Shown one piece after another: positions 25,211 to 36,736 of a DNA stretch of 64,000 bases. The stretch is from Dictyostelium discoideum (taxonomy: Eukaryota). Each line of letters begins with the position of its first letter. The first letter of the stretch is position 1. The stretch spans positions 3,456,001 to 3,520,000 of the forward strand of contig CM000153.2 of the NCBI GenBank assembly GCA_000004695.1, given 5' to 3'. The translations under genes were made by a program, and so were the position numbers. The notes under the pieces are model-generated. The model searched no databases and was not told where the DNA came from. It was given only the letters and a program-made list of their open reading frames with translations.

Positions 25211-26004
25211 TTTTAAAATTATATAAAAAATTAAGAAACTAATGTAAATAAAAAAAGTAAAATTTTGAATATTTTATTATTGAACGAATGAATATAATAA
25301 TGAAATTTTTTTTTTTTTGGTTTAAATAGTAAAAAATTTTATTAAGAAGAAAATTAATTTTTAAAACCAAAGAAAATTGTTGTCGCCAAAGTATTTTTTT
25401 TTTTAAAGTGCAAACATTTTCTAATTTACAAGAATACAAAAAAAGAATGAAATTAACAATCGCAGATCAAACTTGATAGCTCACACTAATTTTCTTATTG
25501 GTCTTTTTTTAAACCCCATCGAAAATAAATTGTTTTTGGTTTATGAAGATTTTCTTGTAAATTGGGTTTTTTTTTTTTTTTTATGTTCACCACCTCAACA
25601 TATTTTTCTTTTAGTTTTAGGAGTTGTGGTATGAGCAAAGGATCATTCCTTGGTTGAAAAAAAAAAATCCTGGCGAATAAGGATTAGAAAAAAACTTTTT
25701 AAAAATTTCAGAAAAAAAAGTAATTTTAAGAAATTTCTCATTCCGACATTGTTGAATTTTTCTTAGAAAAAAAAAAAAACTTGAAAGAAAAAAAAAAAGA
25801 AAAAATTAATTAAAAAAAAAATAATCAAAATAAATTGTTTTTTTAGTATAAAAAACCAATATTATTTTTTAGTATCCACCTAAAAAAAAAAAATTAAAAA
25901 TAAAAAAATATTACCTAAATAATTTTTTACTTCACAGATTTCAAAAAAATAATAAAAATAATGAATAACAATCAAATTAATTTTCTAATTAATACAAATA
26001 AATA

Positions 26005-26053
<49 letters not shown>

Positions 26054-26505
26054 ATGAATAACAACATCAAACAAAACTAAATAAAAAAATAATAAAAAAA
26101 GAATAAAATAAAAAAGAAGAGAAATAAAAAAAACTTGAATAATTAAATTTAGAAATAAAAAAATATAACCCATCCAACTAATGAAAATGAGTATCTCCAA
26201 GAGAACCTGATTTATTTTTTATTATTTTTTATTATTTTTTTTTTATCTGGGCAATTAGTTAGATAAAACTTGAATAGATAATTAGAATATATATGAATAG
26301 ATATCATCTAAGGCCAATAGATAGAGATATAGCCAATTTTGAACATTAATTAAGATTTATAAACTTGGTTGTTTTTTTGAAAAGATTTAGATTCTTTATA
26401 GGCTTCAAATTAACAAATTTACAAATTTTGGTTGGATTTTACTGCTTCATTAATCTTTTTAATCTCTAATTTACTTAAATACTGTAAAGTTATTCAATTA
26501 TTAGA

Positions 26506-28356
26506 TTATAACCTTTCTAGTTGTGCGAAATCTTCATACTCTTGTTCATAAGCCACTACCGATATGTCAATGGTCGGAGAAACTGCTTTTTCATCCTCAT
26601 CTGCAACAGCAATACATGTGCCATCATTAAGTACACTATCATTTGAACTAATTTTATCATGATTATGGAGCTGTGAGTTTGAGATATATTTATTATTTTT
26701 ATGTCTTTTATAAATGAATGAAAATATAATAAGGGATCCAATAGACGCAATACCCAAAACTGAAGTGATAATAGCAATATTCCTTGATCTGCTACTTTTT
26801 GGAGAATTTGGTGTTGCAGTTGATGTTGGTACTGGTGTTTGAGTTGGTTTTTGAGTTGATGTTTCGGTTGTTGGGCTTTCCGTTGGTGTATCTGTTGGTG
26901 TGTCTGTTGGTGTGTCTGTTGGTGTGTCTGTTGGTGTATCTGTTGGTGTATCTGTTGGTGTGTCTGTTGGATTAGAACCACATGGATAGTTTGTGTTATC
27001 ATGTATGGTTTCTCCTAAATAATAACTGCAATTTTGGCAACCACAAAAAGATTCATTTGTAAAGGTGAAAGGATTTAAAAAAAATATGGAGGAATTGCTT
27101 CCAATAATGGGTGTATCAGAATTACTTAGGTCCAAACCAGATAAACTGACTGAACTACTTTCTGTTTTTAAAAAATAATTGGGTGATATAAGTGAAGAAA
27201 TTTCCCTGAATGCAAAAGAGAGTGAACTGTTTTCAACAAAAACTAAAAAGTTTTCAATTGAATTTAAGGAAAGAGTTGATTGCAAACAATCTTTAATTTC
27301 TACGTGGCTCTTTTTGATTACTGCAAATGAATCTTCATATTCAAGTCCAAGATATTTATTTCTGTGATAAAATGGTGTTTGTGTGGTATTCTCGTATTCA
27401 AAGTTAAATAGTGTTGCGCCATTGCAATCATATAAATATATGAATGTGGAGAGTTGGTTGTTTTTGAAAATTAATAATTTCAGTGTGACCAAGGAGCTGA
27501 TTGACAAAATGAATGGATTCACCGAGAAATTATTGTTTGACATTGTTTGAGTTGGAATGTTAATCTCTCCACCTTGGATAAAAACAAACGGAGTAGACAA
27601 GAATGTTCCATTATCTATATTCATACCTCTATTAATAAAACCACCGACCACATAAATAGGTGGTACATAATCGGTAACTGAACCTGGTGCAAACAGACTT
27701 GAAGACGACTTTAAGTTATAACCTAAGGTTGATATAAAATGTACAGTGGTGAACCTTGCGTTGTAAATCTGGCCTAAATTCTTTGGATAAACCATTAATA
27801 TGCTACTTGATGAATATATATTTACACGATTGAAATAAAGAGCAAACGATTTTGAATTGTTAGTTGAAGTTAAATTTGTTTCTTGATTAATGTTGATTTT
27901 TGCAATTGTTTGGTCCCAATTTATGAAATTTATATATTGCAAATAGAAATATCTTTGTGATGTACATGAATAGGTTGAATTTGGTTGATCTGGCTCTTCA
28001 ATATTGAGAAATGGTTGTTGCGTTGAGTTCCAACCATCAATGTTAATATATACAGTGTCACTACCCGATTTAATATATAATTTACCACAATAATTATATA
28101 AATTTCCCAATGAAACAGGTGTTGATCCATTAATATCACTAATAATAATAATATTATTACTTGTATTGGTTTTTGATAATAAAATAGCTCTATTTGAAGC
28201 ATCCTCTAATGATGTACAAACTGGTTGATTATCTACACCACATTCTTCAAAAGAATTGTAATTTCTTTCAACATTATAATTAACTTTAATATCTGTTGCA
28301 ACGCAAATATTTAATAAAAAAAATAATAAATAAAAATATTTTAATTTTTCAATCAT
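26506..28356 (-). CDS. L-family type-I membrane glycoprotein with (PTDT)n stalk, 616 aa; copy 1
   Basis: It has a signal peptide. Motifs are FEECGVDNQPVCTSLEDASNRA, LGNLYNYCG, FINWDQT, YPKN, VPPIYVVGG and C-G-C-Q-N-C-S-Y-Y. The stalk is PTDT x7-8. The TM helix is IAIITSVLGIASIGSLIIFSFI. The tail is YKRHKNNKY...AVADEDEKAVSPTIDISVVAYEQEYEDFAQLERL. Confidence 0.75.
   Translation of the reverse strand: MIEKLKYFYLLFFLLNICVATDIKVNYNVERNYNSFEECGVDNQPVCTSLEDASNRAILLSKTNTSNNIIIISDINGSTPVSLGNLYNYCGKLYIKSGSDTVYINIDGWNSTQQPFLNIEEPDQPNSTYSCTSQRYFYLQYINFINWDQTIAKININQETNLTSTNNSKSFALYFNRVNIYSSSSILMVYPKNLGQIYNARFTTVHFISTLGYNLKSSSSLFAPGSVTDYVPPIYVVGGFINRGMNIDNGTFLSTPFVFIQGGEINIPTQTMSNNNFSVNPFILSISSLVTLKLLIFKNNQLSTFIYLYDCNGATLFNFEYENTTQTPFYHRNKYLGLEYEDSFAVIKKSHVEIKDCLQSTLSLNSIENFLVFVENSSLSFAFREISSLISPNYFLKTESSSVSLSGLDLSNSDTPIIGSNSSIFFLNPFTFTNESFCGCQNCSYYLGETIHDNTNYPCGSNPTDTPTDTPTDTPTDTPTDTPTDTPTDTPTESPTTETSTQKPTQTPVPTSTATPNSPKSSRSRNIAIITSVLGIASIGSLIIFSFIYKRHKNNKYISNSQLHNHDKISSNDSVLNDGTCIAVADEDEKAVSPTIDISVVAYEQEYEDFAQLERL
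26879..26970 (-). repeat. 12-nt tandem coding repeat (tctgttggtgtg) x about 7.7 encoding (PTDT)n
   Basis: This is a direct perfect or near-perfect repeat inside the 26506..28356 CDS. The paralog 34502..36259 carries only about 2.7 units at 34863..34896. Confidence 0.85.
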
Positions 28357-28715
28357 AAACGAAGTTTAATATGTATATATATATTATATATATATAATAT
28401 AATTTATTTAAAATTTCACTATTTTTCGATGATTTATAACCGCTTTAAAAAAAAAAAAATTGAATTAAAAGATCAAATCTCACAATTTTTTTTTTTTTTT
28501 AATTTTTTTTTTTTTAAATTTTTTTTTTTTTAAATTTTTTTTTTTTTTAGTGTTTGAAAAATATCTGGGTGCTTATTTAGATATTAAAGACTTTGGCAAA
28601 ATAAAAAAATATTGAAAAAAAAAATAAAAAAAAAAACTTTGAAAAATGACAGAAGAATAATAATAATAATAAATAAGAATAATGATAATAATTATAACTT
28701 AAGTAAATAATTATA

Positions 28716-28849
28716 CAACTTTAAGTTATTTAAAAAATATTTCCCACCTTCATTTTTTTTTTTTTATTTTTTTTTTTTTTAACCTAAAATTGATCGAGGA
28801 ATCTTAAAGTAAATAAATTAACAACTTTAAAAAAAATATTTCCCACCTT

Positions 28850-28885
<36 letters not shown>

Positions 28886-28943
28886 TGAATATTTCGTTTT
28901 TTTTTTTCATTTTTTGTGAATATTTCGTTTTTTTTTTTCATTT
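28716..28943. repeat. Cluster of short direct repeats in the L-gene 5' region
   Basis: The block acaactttaa...aaaaaatatttcccaccttcattttttttt occurs twice (about 28716..28760 and 28822..28860). The block gtgaatatttcgtttttttttttcatttt is repeated in tandem (28888..28943). These lie 360-590 bp upstream of the start of 26506..28356 (-). Confidence 0.6.
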
Positions 28944-29471
28944 TATTTTAAAATGGATTTTCCCACTGGGACTGTTGTTCTTTTTTTTTTTTTTTTAAAA
29001 AATAAAATAAAATAATATAAAAGTATATTTAAATATAAAATATAAAACAAAACTAAACAAATATATTTAAATAATTGTTTATTTTATTTTTTTCCAAAAA
29101 CAATTTTAATTTTTAATTTAATTTATTTTCCTATTTTTATATTGTTCTATTTTACTTTTACTTTTATTTTATTTTATTTTATTTTATTTTATTTTGATCT
29201 TTTTTTTTTATAATTTTTATTTTCCAATCTAGCGGGTTTTATATATATTTTTTTCTTTGTGTATAATTTTTTATTTTTTTTTATTTTTTTTATTTTATAT
29301 TTACTACTAATTAAAGTGAATGAAAACTACCCTCTCTTTCTCATTTTTTTTTATTGTTTTAAATTTTTTAAAAATAAAGTTAGTAGTTCAGTTTTTTTAA
29401 AAAAAAAAATGACGAAACATGGGTTTAACAGAAAAAAAAAAAAAAAATCTGTTGTATTTTTTGCATTTTCT

Positions 29472-29504
<33 letters not shown>

Positions 29505-30789
29505 CTCTTCTTTACAAATTACGACAATAGTCAAAAAAAATTAATTGAGCAAAGATGAATTTGGTGTAGAAGATATTGGTCAACCAAAAGAAAACAAAAT
29601 ATAAATCAATTAAAGCATACCAAATCATTTATGTGTAGGTTGTTTTTTTTTTTTTTTTTTTTTAAAAAAATAATAAATTAATAGTTACTAATTTTTTTTT
29701 TTCAAAAATTTAGATTATACCGTATTGGTTTGTTGGATCATTAAAAATTTTAGTTCCAACATGTAAAACTCGTGTAGTGAGAATTGCAGTGGCATTAAAA
29801 GAAAGAGCTCATTGGTAAAAGAACACTTAAATCCGGGTTTAGCTCCAATTAGTAGAAAATTTCGTACGAGAGGGTTGTAATGATGATACCTTTCCACACT
29901 TTGTTTCACATCGTTCCATTAAAGCTGCATTGAGATCAAGTGGTCATACCGCCATTGGTTCTGTTGGTAGTTCTGGGTATACTCGTTCTTTTTGTGCCCT
30001 TCTACCACCTGGCCATTGATTCACCCACCAACTGCTCCAAAACCTTTTTATCGTGGTGCAGCCGGTAATGCAACAACAGCAGGAAACAACTTCACAATTT
30101 CAAAATAAATTGGAGACTCAAATACCACACACCAAATTCATAGATAATGTGGCTCATTTACTACACACACTGCAATTGGTGGGGATGTCCAACCTATGTA
30201 ATCGTTTCAACCATATGGTTGATATGAAGAATAAATATAGTAGAATTGCAATGTTGTGGATTTCGATATTCACCATGGTAATGGAACACCACTCTTGAGA
30301 TCCAAAATCAAATTCAATATCAGATTTGGTCGGGGTGTTAATGCGGCACCCATCATCAGTGATGATTAGTAAAAATATGTTCAATATTTTAATATAGTTG
30401 GGATTTCAAAGAGGTACCATTGGAGGAAATATTTTAAAAGTCGATTATCAGCAGTGAATCCAACCAAGTACAACAATTTAATTTTAAAAAAAAATATTAA
30501 AAAATTTATTAAAAATATTAAATAAAATTTATTAAAAGTTTATTTTCACCAGAATAACCGATACCAGAAAAAAAAAAAAAAAAAAAACAAAAAAAAAAAA
30601 AAAAATTAAATTTGAAAAATATCGTTCATCCTTAATTATGAGGAAAAACTATTTTTTTTTTTTTTTTAAAAAGACTTTTATCTAGTTTTTGGCAAATGGT
30701 GTCAAGAAAAAAAAATATTTTTACTTTAATTTTTTTTTATTTTTTTTTTTTTATTTTTTTTTTTTCAAAATATCTTGCTCGAACTTATT

Positions 30790-30837
30790 TTTATTATAAA
30801 ATGATCAAAAACACTTAGAAACACAAGAACTCTTTTT
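30790..30837 (+). promoter_or_regulatory. Conserved upstream element of duplicated L-soluble genes (copy 2)
   Basis: The element is ttattataaaatgatcaaaaacacttagaaacacaagaactctttttt. Its partner is at 22482..22529. Confidence 0.4.
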
Positions 30838-30859
30838 TTTTTTTCTTTACTTTTTTTTC

Positions 30860-30890
<31 letters not shown>

Positions 30891-30893
30891 TAT

Positions 30894-30940
<47 letters not shown>

Positions 30941-30953
30941 ATTTGTAATAAAA

Positions 30954-32375
30954 ATGTATAAAGGATTTAATTTTCTTTATTTGTCAGTAGTCTTATTGTT
31001 AGCATTTAATATCTCATTCACATTTTCACAAAACACTATTTCAGTTAATTATAATGTGCAAAGAAATTATAATTCATTTGAAGAATGTGGTTTAAATGGT
31101 GAACCAGTTTGTACATCATTGGAAGATGCAGGTAATAGAGCAATTTTATTATCAAAAACAAGTAATCCAACAAACATCATCAATATCATTGGTAATATTG
31201 ATGGATCAACACCTGTCACATTTGGTAATTTATATAATTATTGTGGTAAATTGTTTATTAGATCAAGTATTAGTAATGTCAATATTAATATTAATGGATC
31301 AAATTCGACTCAACAACCATTCCTCACCATTCAAGAAGCTGATCAACCAAATTCGACTTTTCCATGTTCAATTCCAAGAATATTTCAATTCCAATATATT
31401 AATTTTACAAATTGGGATCAAACACTTGTAAATATTAATATTAATCAAGAAACAGATTTAAATTCAGTTAATCCATCAAAGAGTTTAACAGTTTATTTTC
31501 AACTTGTAAATATAATTTCTTCAAGTAGTATTTTAAAGATTTATCCAAAGAACTTTGGTGAAAATTATAATTTACAAGCAATTAAAGTTTCATTTATATC
31601 AACAATTGGAATAGACTTAAAATCATCATCGGTTTTATTTTCACCAAGTTCAACCCAATATTATTTACCACCAATTTATTTAGCCGGTGCATCAGTAACT
31701 AGAATTTTAAGTTTATCAGATAGTACATTTGAATCAACACCATTTATTTTCTCTGATAATGGAGGTGTATCATCTGGAAGTTTCGTCGTTTCAAATAATA
31801 ACTTCTCTTCAAATCCATTCATTATGGCCGTCAATGGTGGAACTGTAGCACTTCCTACCCTTTCTTTTACAAATAATATTCTTTCAACATTTATTTACTT
31901 TTCAAATTTTTATAATCAACCATTAATTCAGGCTACATTTTCAAATAACATCTTTGGAAATTCTTTCGTTCAGAATAATAAATTTATGGAATATGAAAAT
32001 GAAAATTCTATTTTTGTAATAAAAGATAGTGACTTTTCCACCATTGATCTCTTAGGTTATTCAATTTTAAATCAAAACACCATTGCCAACGATTTAATAT
32101 ACATAGTAAATAGCAGTTTAAATTTAGATAATAGTGTAATTAGATCACCAATGTTAGTTCCTCAACATATAATTAATTCAATTAATAGTTCAGTTTCAAT
32201 TATTAATTTTAACCTTACAATCAGCGAACTACCAATTGTTGGATTTAATTCAAATATACATCTATTTAGTTCAGTTTTCACAAACGATGTTTACTGTGGT
32301 TGCCAAGGCTGCTCATTTTATATTCAATTGGATTTGGTTGACCCATTAGAATACTTATCTCAATGCAATCTCTAA
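30954..32375 (+). CDS. L-family secreted glycoprotein (soluble type), 473 aa; copy 2
   Basis: It is near-identical to 22635..24047. Substitutions are clustered and the C-terminal end is altered (…SFYIQLDLVDPLEYLSQCNL). Confidence 0.7.
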   Translation: MYKGFNFLYLSVVLLLAFNISFTFSQNTISVNYNVQRNYNSFEECGLNGEPVCTSLEDAGNRAILLSKTSNPTNIINIIGNIDGSTPVTFGNLYNYCGKLFIRSSISNVNININGSNSTQQPFLTIQEADQPNSTFPCSIPRIFQFQYINFTNWDQTLVNININQETDLNSVNPSKSLTVYFQLVNIISSSSILKIYPKNFGENYNLQAIKVSFISTIGIDLKSSSVLFSPSSTQYYLPPIYLAGASVTRILSLSDSTFESTPFIFSDNGGVSSGSFVVSNNNFSSNPFIMAVNGGTVALPTLSFTNNILSTFIYFSNFYNQPLIQATFSNNIFGNSFVQNNKFMEYENENSIFVIKDSDFSTIDLLGYSILNQNTIANDLIYIVNSSLNLDNSVIRSPMLVPQHIINSINSSVSIINFNLTISELPIVGFNSNIHLFSSVFTNDVYCGCQGCSFYIQLDLVDPLEYLSQCNL

Positions 32376-32591
32376 ATTTATTAAATCTAAAGTAATAAAT
32401 ATAAATATATTACTGTAAACGTGTTTTAAAAAAGAATTAATATTTAATTTTGAACAATTTTTCTTTTATATTCTAAATTTTCTTTTATTTTTTTATTTTT
32501 ATTAATTTTTAAAAACAAAAAAAAACAATTGATTTTTAAAAAAGAGTTTAAAATAAAATTTATATCTTTTTATTTTTATTTATTTGATGTT

Positions 32592-33392
32592 TTAAAACAA
32601 TTCTTTTAATCTGGTAAATAGTAATGATCTACTATAAAGAGTATTTACATTTTTAAAAATGAGCTTCAAATAAGAATTCATATTTCCCATATAATCTTCA
32701 TCTGATGTAAGAGAATCAACATAAAATTCTACTTCTTCTTTACAAGTTGGCATTAAAGATAAAATATCACTAAGTTCATTTTTAATTAAATTAAAACGGT
32801 TTGAAATTAAAATAACAGATTTGATAGCCAAATCATAATTATCTTTAACAACTTGAACAGTGGCTGCATTGGGAGTACTTGGTAATAAAGAATTTTTTGT
32901 TGAATTCATTGCTGAGGCCAAAGATGTTGCTGATTGTTTTATTGTGTCAATGCTTGATTTTAAATTATTAATTGATGTTGAAATTGTATCAAATTTTGAG
33001 GTATCATAATTGGTGTATTTGGTAATTGTATTAATATAACCAATTGTATTGTTTAAACAAACAAGAGAAATGTTGTTGACTTCATTATATAATGATATTA
33101 AATTATTATAATGAGTAACGGCTCCAAATGCATTACTTGTCGAGAGGGCAACGATATTATTCAAATAATATTTACTAAATATAATATTAAATACATCACC
33201 TTGAACTTCATAACTCATAGCTTTTGAAAATTGTAAAGCATCAATTTGATTAGAGTATGTAGGTAATGCAGCACGGGGTATATCAGCAGGGTTAATAAGA
33301 TCTCTACCTATTGCGGGTATATAATTTGAAACCAATGAGTTTGAAAAACAAACTAAATAAAGAATAATGACCAAAGGAATTTGGAAAAACAT
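32592..33392 (-). CDS. S-family secreted protein, 266 aa; copy 2
   Basis: It is a paralog of 24410..25210. The C-terminal half is almost identical (one change, M-to-L, across about 115 aa). The N-terminal half carries about 15 substitutions. Confidence 0.7.
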   Translation of the reverse strand: MFFQIPLVIILYLVCFSNSLVSNYIPAIGRDLINPADIPRAALPTYSNQIDALQFSKAMSYEVQGDVFNIIFSKYYLNNIVALSTSNAFGAVTHYNNLISLYNEVNNISLVCLNNTIGYINTITKYTNYDTSKFDTISTSINNLKSSIDTIKQSATSLASAMNSTKNSLLPSTPNAATVQVVKDNYDLAIKSVILISNRFNLIKNELSDILSLMPTCKEEVEFYVDSLTSDEDYMGNMNSYLKLIFKNVNTLYSRSLLFTRLKELF

Positions 33393-33824
33393 TTTTAAAA
33401 TTTTAAAAAAATGTATAAATTAATGTAAATAATAATTTAAAGGATAAATATTTGAATATTTTATTATTGAATGAATGAAAATGATAATGGAATTTTTTTT
33501 TTTTTTGGTTTAAATAGTGGAATATTAATTTTTTAAAACCAAAGAAAAATGTGTATTTTTTTTTTTTGTCATTTGCAAAAATTATTACAAACATGATTGT
33601 TGAAGATTTTCTTGGAATGGGTTTTTTTCTTTTTTTTTGTTCAACACCTTAACATATTTTTCTTTTTGTTTAAAGAGTTGTGATGTGATCACAGGATTAT
33701 TCCTTGATATCAAAAAAAAAACCTGGCCAATAAGGATTAAAAAAAATCTTTTAAAATTCCAGGAAAACAATGAATTATGTAAAATTTTTCTAATTTTTTA
33801 ATTTAATAAAGAAAAAAAGAAATG

Positions 33825-33870
<46 letters not shown>

Positions 33871-34501
33871 AAAAAATAAAAATGATTAAAAAAATTACTA
33901 AATCAAAGAAAGTTTAATTTTATTTGTTTGTATTTTTAAATTTTAATTAAAAAAACCAATATGCTTTTTAGTGTTTAAAATTTTTTATTAAAGAAAAAAA
34001 AAATAAAAAAAAAAAAATAAATAAATAATATATAATAAAAATAACTCCAAACAAAAGTAAATAAAGGAAAAAAAAAAAAAAAAAAAAAAAAAAATAATAA
34101 CTCTATGCAACTAACGAAAAGGAGTATCCCTAAGAGGACCTGATTTATTTTTGATTGTTTTTTAATTTTAATTTTAATTTTATTTTTTAAATTAATATTA
34201 TTTTTTCTTGGTTTAAATTATTAGTTATTATTATTTATTGTCACTAAAATGAGTTTGTAAAAAATGAAGATTTGTTTATTGGCAATTTAAAAACTTTTAT
34301 TAACCGTTACACCATTTTATCTAGTCATTTAATCTTATATTTAAGATTTATAATCTATGTTATTTTTTTTTTTTTTTGAAAAGATTTAGCTACTTCATGG
34401 GCTCCCAAATTTAACAAGGATCTAAATTTAATTGAAATTTACTGATTCATTAATCTTTCTAACCACTACTTAAAATTCTATAAGATTTATTCAATGATAG
34501 A

Positions 34502-36259
34502 TTATAACTGTTCTAGTTGTGCAAAATCTTCATACTCTTGTTCATAAGCCACTACCGATATGTCAATGGTCGGAGAAACTGCTTTTTCATCCTCATCTGC
34601 AACAGCAATACATGGGCTATCATTAAGTATGCTATCATTTGAACTAATTTTATCATGATTATGGAGTTGTGAGTTTGAGATATATTTATTATTTTTATGT
34701 CTTTTATAAATGAATGAGAATATAATAAGACATGCGATAGATGCAATACCTAAAATTGAAATAATAATAGAAATGTTCCTTGATCTGCTACTTTTAGGAG
34801 AGTTTGGCGTTGAAGTTGATGTTGGTGCTGATGTTTGAGTTGATGTTTCGGTTGATGGATTTTCTGTTGGTTGATCTGTTGGTGTGTCTGTTGGATTAGA
34901 ACTACAAATATAGTTTGTGGTATCATGTATGGTTTCTCCTAAATAAAAGCTGCAATTTTGGCAACCACAAAAGGATTTGTTTGTAAAAGTGATATGACCA
35001 AAAAAAAATATGGAGGAGTTACTTCCAATAATGGGTGTATCAGAACTACTTAGGTCCAAACCAGATAAACTGACTGAACTACTTTCTGTTTTTAAAAAAT
35101 AATTGGGTGATATAAGCGAAGAAATTTCAATGAATGCAAAAGAGAGTGAACTGTTTTCAACAAAAACTAAAAAGTTTTCAATTGAATTTAAGGAAAGAGT
35201 TGATTGCAAACAATCTTTAATTTCTACGTGGCTCTTTTTGATTACTGCAAATGAATCTTCATATTCAAGTCCAAGATATTTATTTCTGTGATAAAATGGT
35301 GTTTGTGTGGTATTCTCGTATTCAAAGTTAAATAGTGTTGCGCCATTGCAATCATATAAATATATGAATGTGGAGAGTTGGTTGTTTTTGAAAATCAATG
35401 CTTTCAGTGTGACCAAGGAGCTGATTGACAAAATGAATGGATTCACAGAGAAATTAATGTTTGATATTTTTTGAATTGGAATATATATCTCTCCACCTTG
35501 GATAAAAACAAACGGAGTAGACAAGAATGTTCCATTATCTATATTCATACCTCTATTAATAAAACCACCGACCACATAAATAGGTGGTACATAATCGGTA
35601 ACTGAACCTGGTGCAAACAGACTTGAAGACGACTTTAAGTTATAACCTAAGGTTGATATAAAATGTACAGTGGTGAACCTTGCGTTGTAAATCTGGCCTA
35701 AATTCTTTGGATAAACCATTAATATGCTACTTGATGAATATATATTTACACGATTGAAATAAAGAGCAAACGATTTTGAATTGTTAGTTGAAGTTAAATT
35801 TATTTCTTGATTAATGTTGATTTTTGCAATTGTTTGATCCCAATTTAAATGTCTTTGCGATGTACATGAATAGGTTGAATTTGGTTGATCTGGCTCTTCA
35901 ATATTGAGAAATGGTAGTTGCGTTGAGTTCCAACCATCAATGTTAATAGATACATTATCACTACTTGATTTAATATATAAAGTACCACAATAATTATATA
36001 AATTTCCCAATGAAACAGGTGTTGATCCATTAATATCACTATTAATAACAATACTATTATTACTTGTACTGGTTTTTGATAATAAAATAGCTCTATTTGA
36101 AGCATCTTCAAATGATGTACAAACTGGTTGATTATCTACACCACATTCTTCAAAAGAATTGTAATTTCTTTCAACATTATAATTAACTTTAATATCTGTT
36201 GCAACGCAAATATTTAATAAAAAAAATAATAAATAAAAATATTTTAATTTTTCAATCAT
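34502..36259 (-). CDS. L-family type-I membrane glycoprotein, 585 aa; copy 2 (shorter stalk repeat, internal 10-aa deletion)
   Basis: It is a paralog of 26506..28356. It has only about 2 PTDT-type units. It lacks YFYLQYINFI, which includes the family-wide INF.NW motif. The TM and tail are conserved (…VAYEQEYEDFAQLEQL). Confidence 0.7.
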   Translation of the reverse strand: MIEKLKYFYLLFFLLNICVATDIKVNYNVERNYNSFEECGVDNQPVCTSFEDASNRAILLSKTSTSNNSIVINSDINGSTPVSLGNLYNYCGTLYIKSSSDNVSINIDGWNSTQLPFLNIEEPDQPNSTYSCTSQRHLNWDQTIAKININQEINLTSTNNSKSFALYFNRVNIYSSSSILMVYPKNLGQIYNARFTTVHFISTLGYNLKSSSSLFAPGSVTDYVPPIYVVGGFINRGMNIDNGTFLSTPFVFIQGGEIYIPIQKISNINFSVNPFILSISSLVTLKALIFKNNQLSTFIYLYDCNGATLFNFEYENTTQTPFYHRNKYLGLEYEDSFAVIKKSHVEIKDCLQSTLSLNSIENFLVFVENSSLSFAFIEISSLISPNYFLKTESSSVSLSGLDLSSSDTPIIGSNSSIFFFGHITFTNKSFCGCQNCSFYLGETIHDTTNYICSSNPTDTPTDQPTENPSTETSTQTSAPTSTSTPNSPKSSRSRNISIIISILGIASIACLIIFSFIYKRHKNNKYISNSQLHNHDKISSNDSILNDSPCIAVADEDEKAVSPTIDISVVAYEQEYEDFAQLEQL

Positions 36260-36366
36260 AAATGAAGTTAATAGTTTAATATTTTTATATATATATTTTT
36301 AAAAAATTTTACTATAATAACATTAAAAAAAAAAGATCAAATCTCATAATAATTTTTTTCAACTCG

Positions 36367-36402
<36 letters not shown>

Positions 36403-36496
36403 CCAAAAACAGCGTTTTTTTCTCTTAAGAAGCAGTTGAACTTGATTTTTATTTTAAAAAATTTTTGAGAACTTATTTGGGCTTTAATTTTGGCCC

Positions 36497-36547
<51 letters not shown>

Positions 36548-36736
36548 AAAAAATATAAATATAAAAACTAAAAGAAACCTTAGTTTGAGAATTAAAAATT
36601 ATATAGGTTTAAAACAAAATTTTTTTTTTTCTTTATTTCTTTTTTATTTTTTTTATTTTAAAAGATAAAAGATAATCACTTTTTTTTTTTTTTTTTTTTT
36701 TTTTTTTCTTTCTTGATAATAATACAGTGTAAAAAC

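Noticed and set aside
26879-26970. Regularly spaced 12-nt direct repeats (CRISPR-like at first glance)
   Set aside because: The repeats are contiguous with no spacers and are in-frame coding for (PTDT)n in a eukaryotic gene. This is not a CRISPR array. The whole window is eukaryotic.
26556-27002. 148-aa ORF with IHQQTHQQ repeats
   Set aside because: It is an alternate frame of the (PTDT)n 12-nt repeat region inside gene 26506..28356.
30053-30384. 81-aa and 76-aa ORFs in the GC island
   Set aside because: They are short, mutually overlapping on opposite strands and have no recognisable motifs. Higher GC alone inflates ORF length here.
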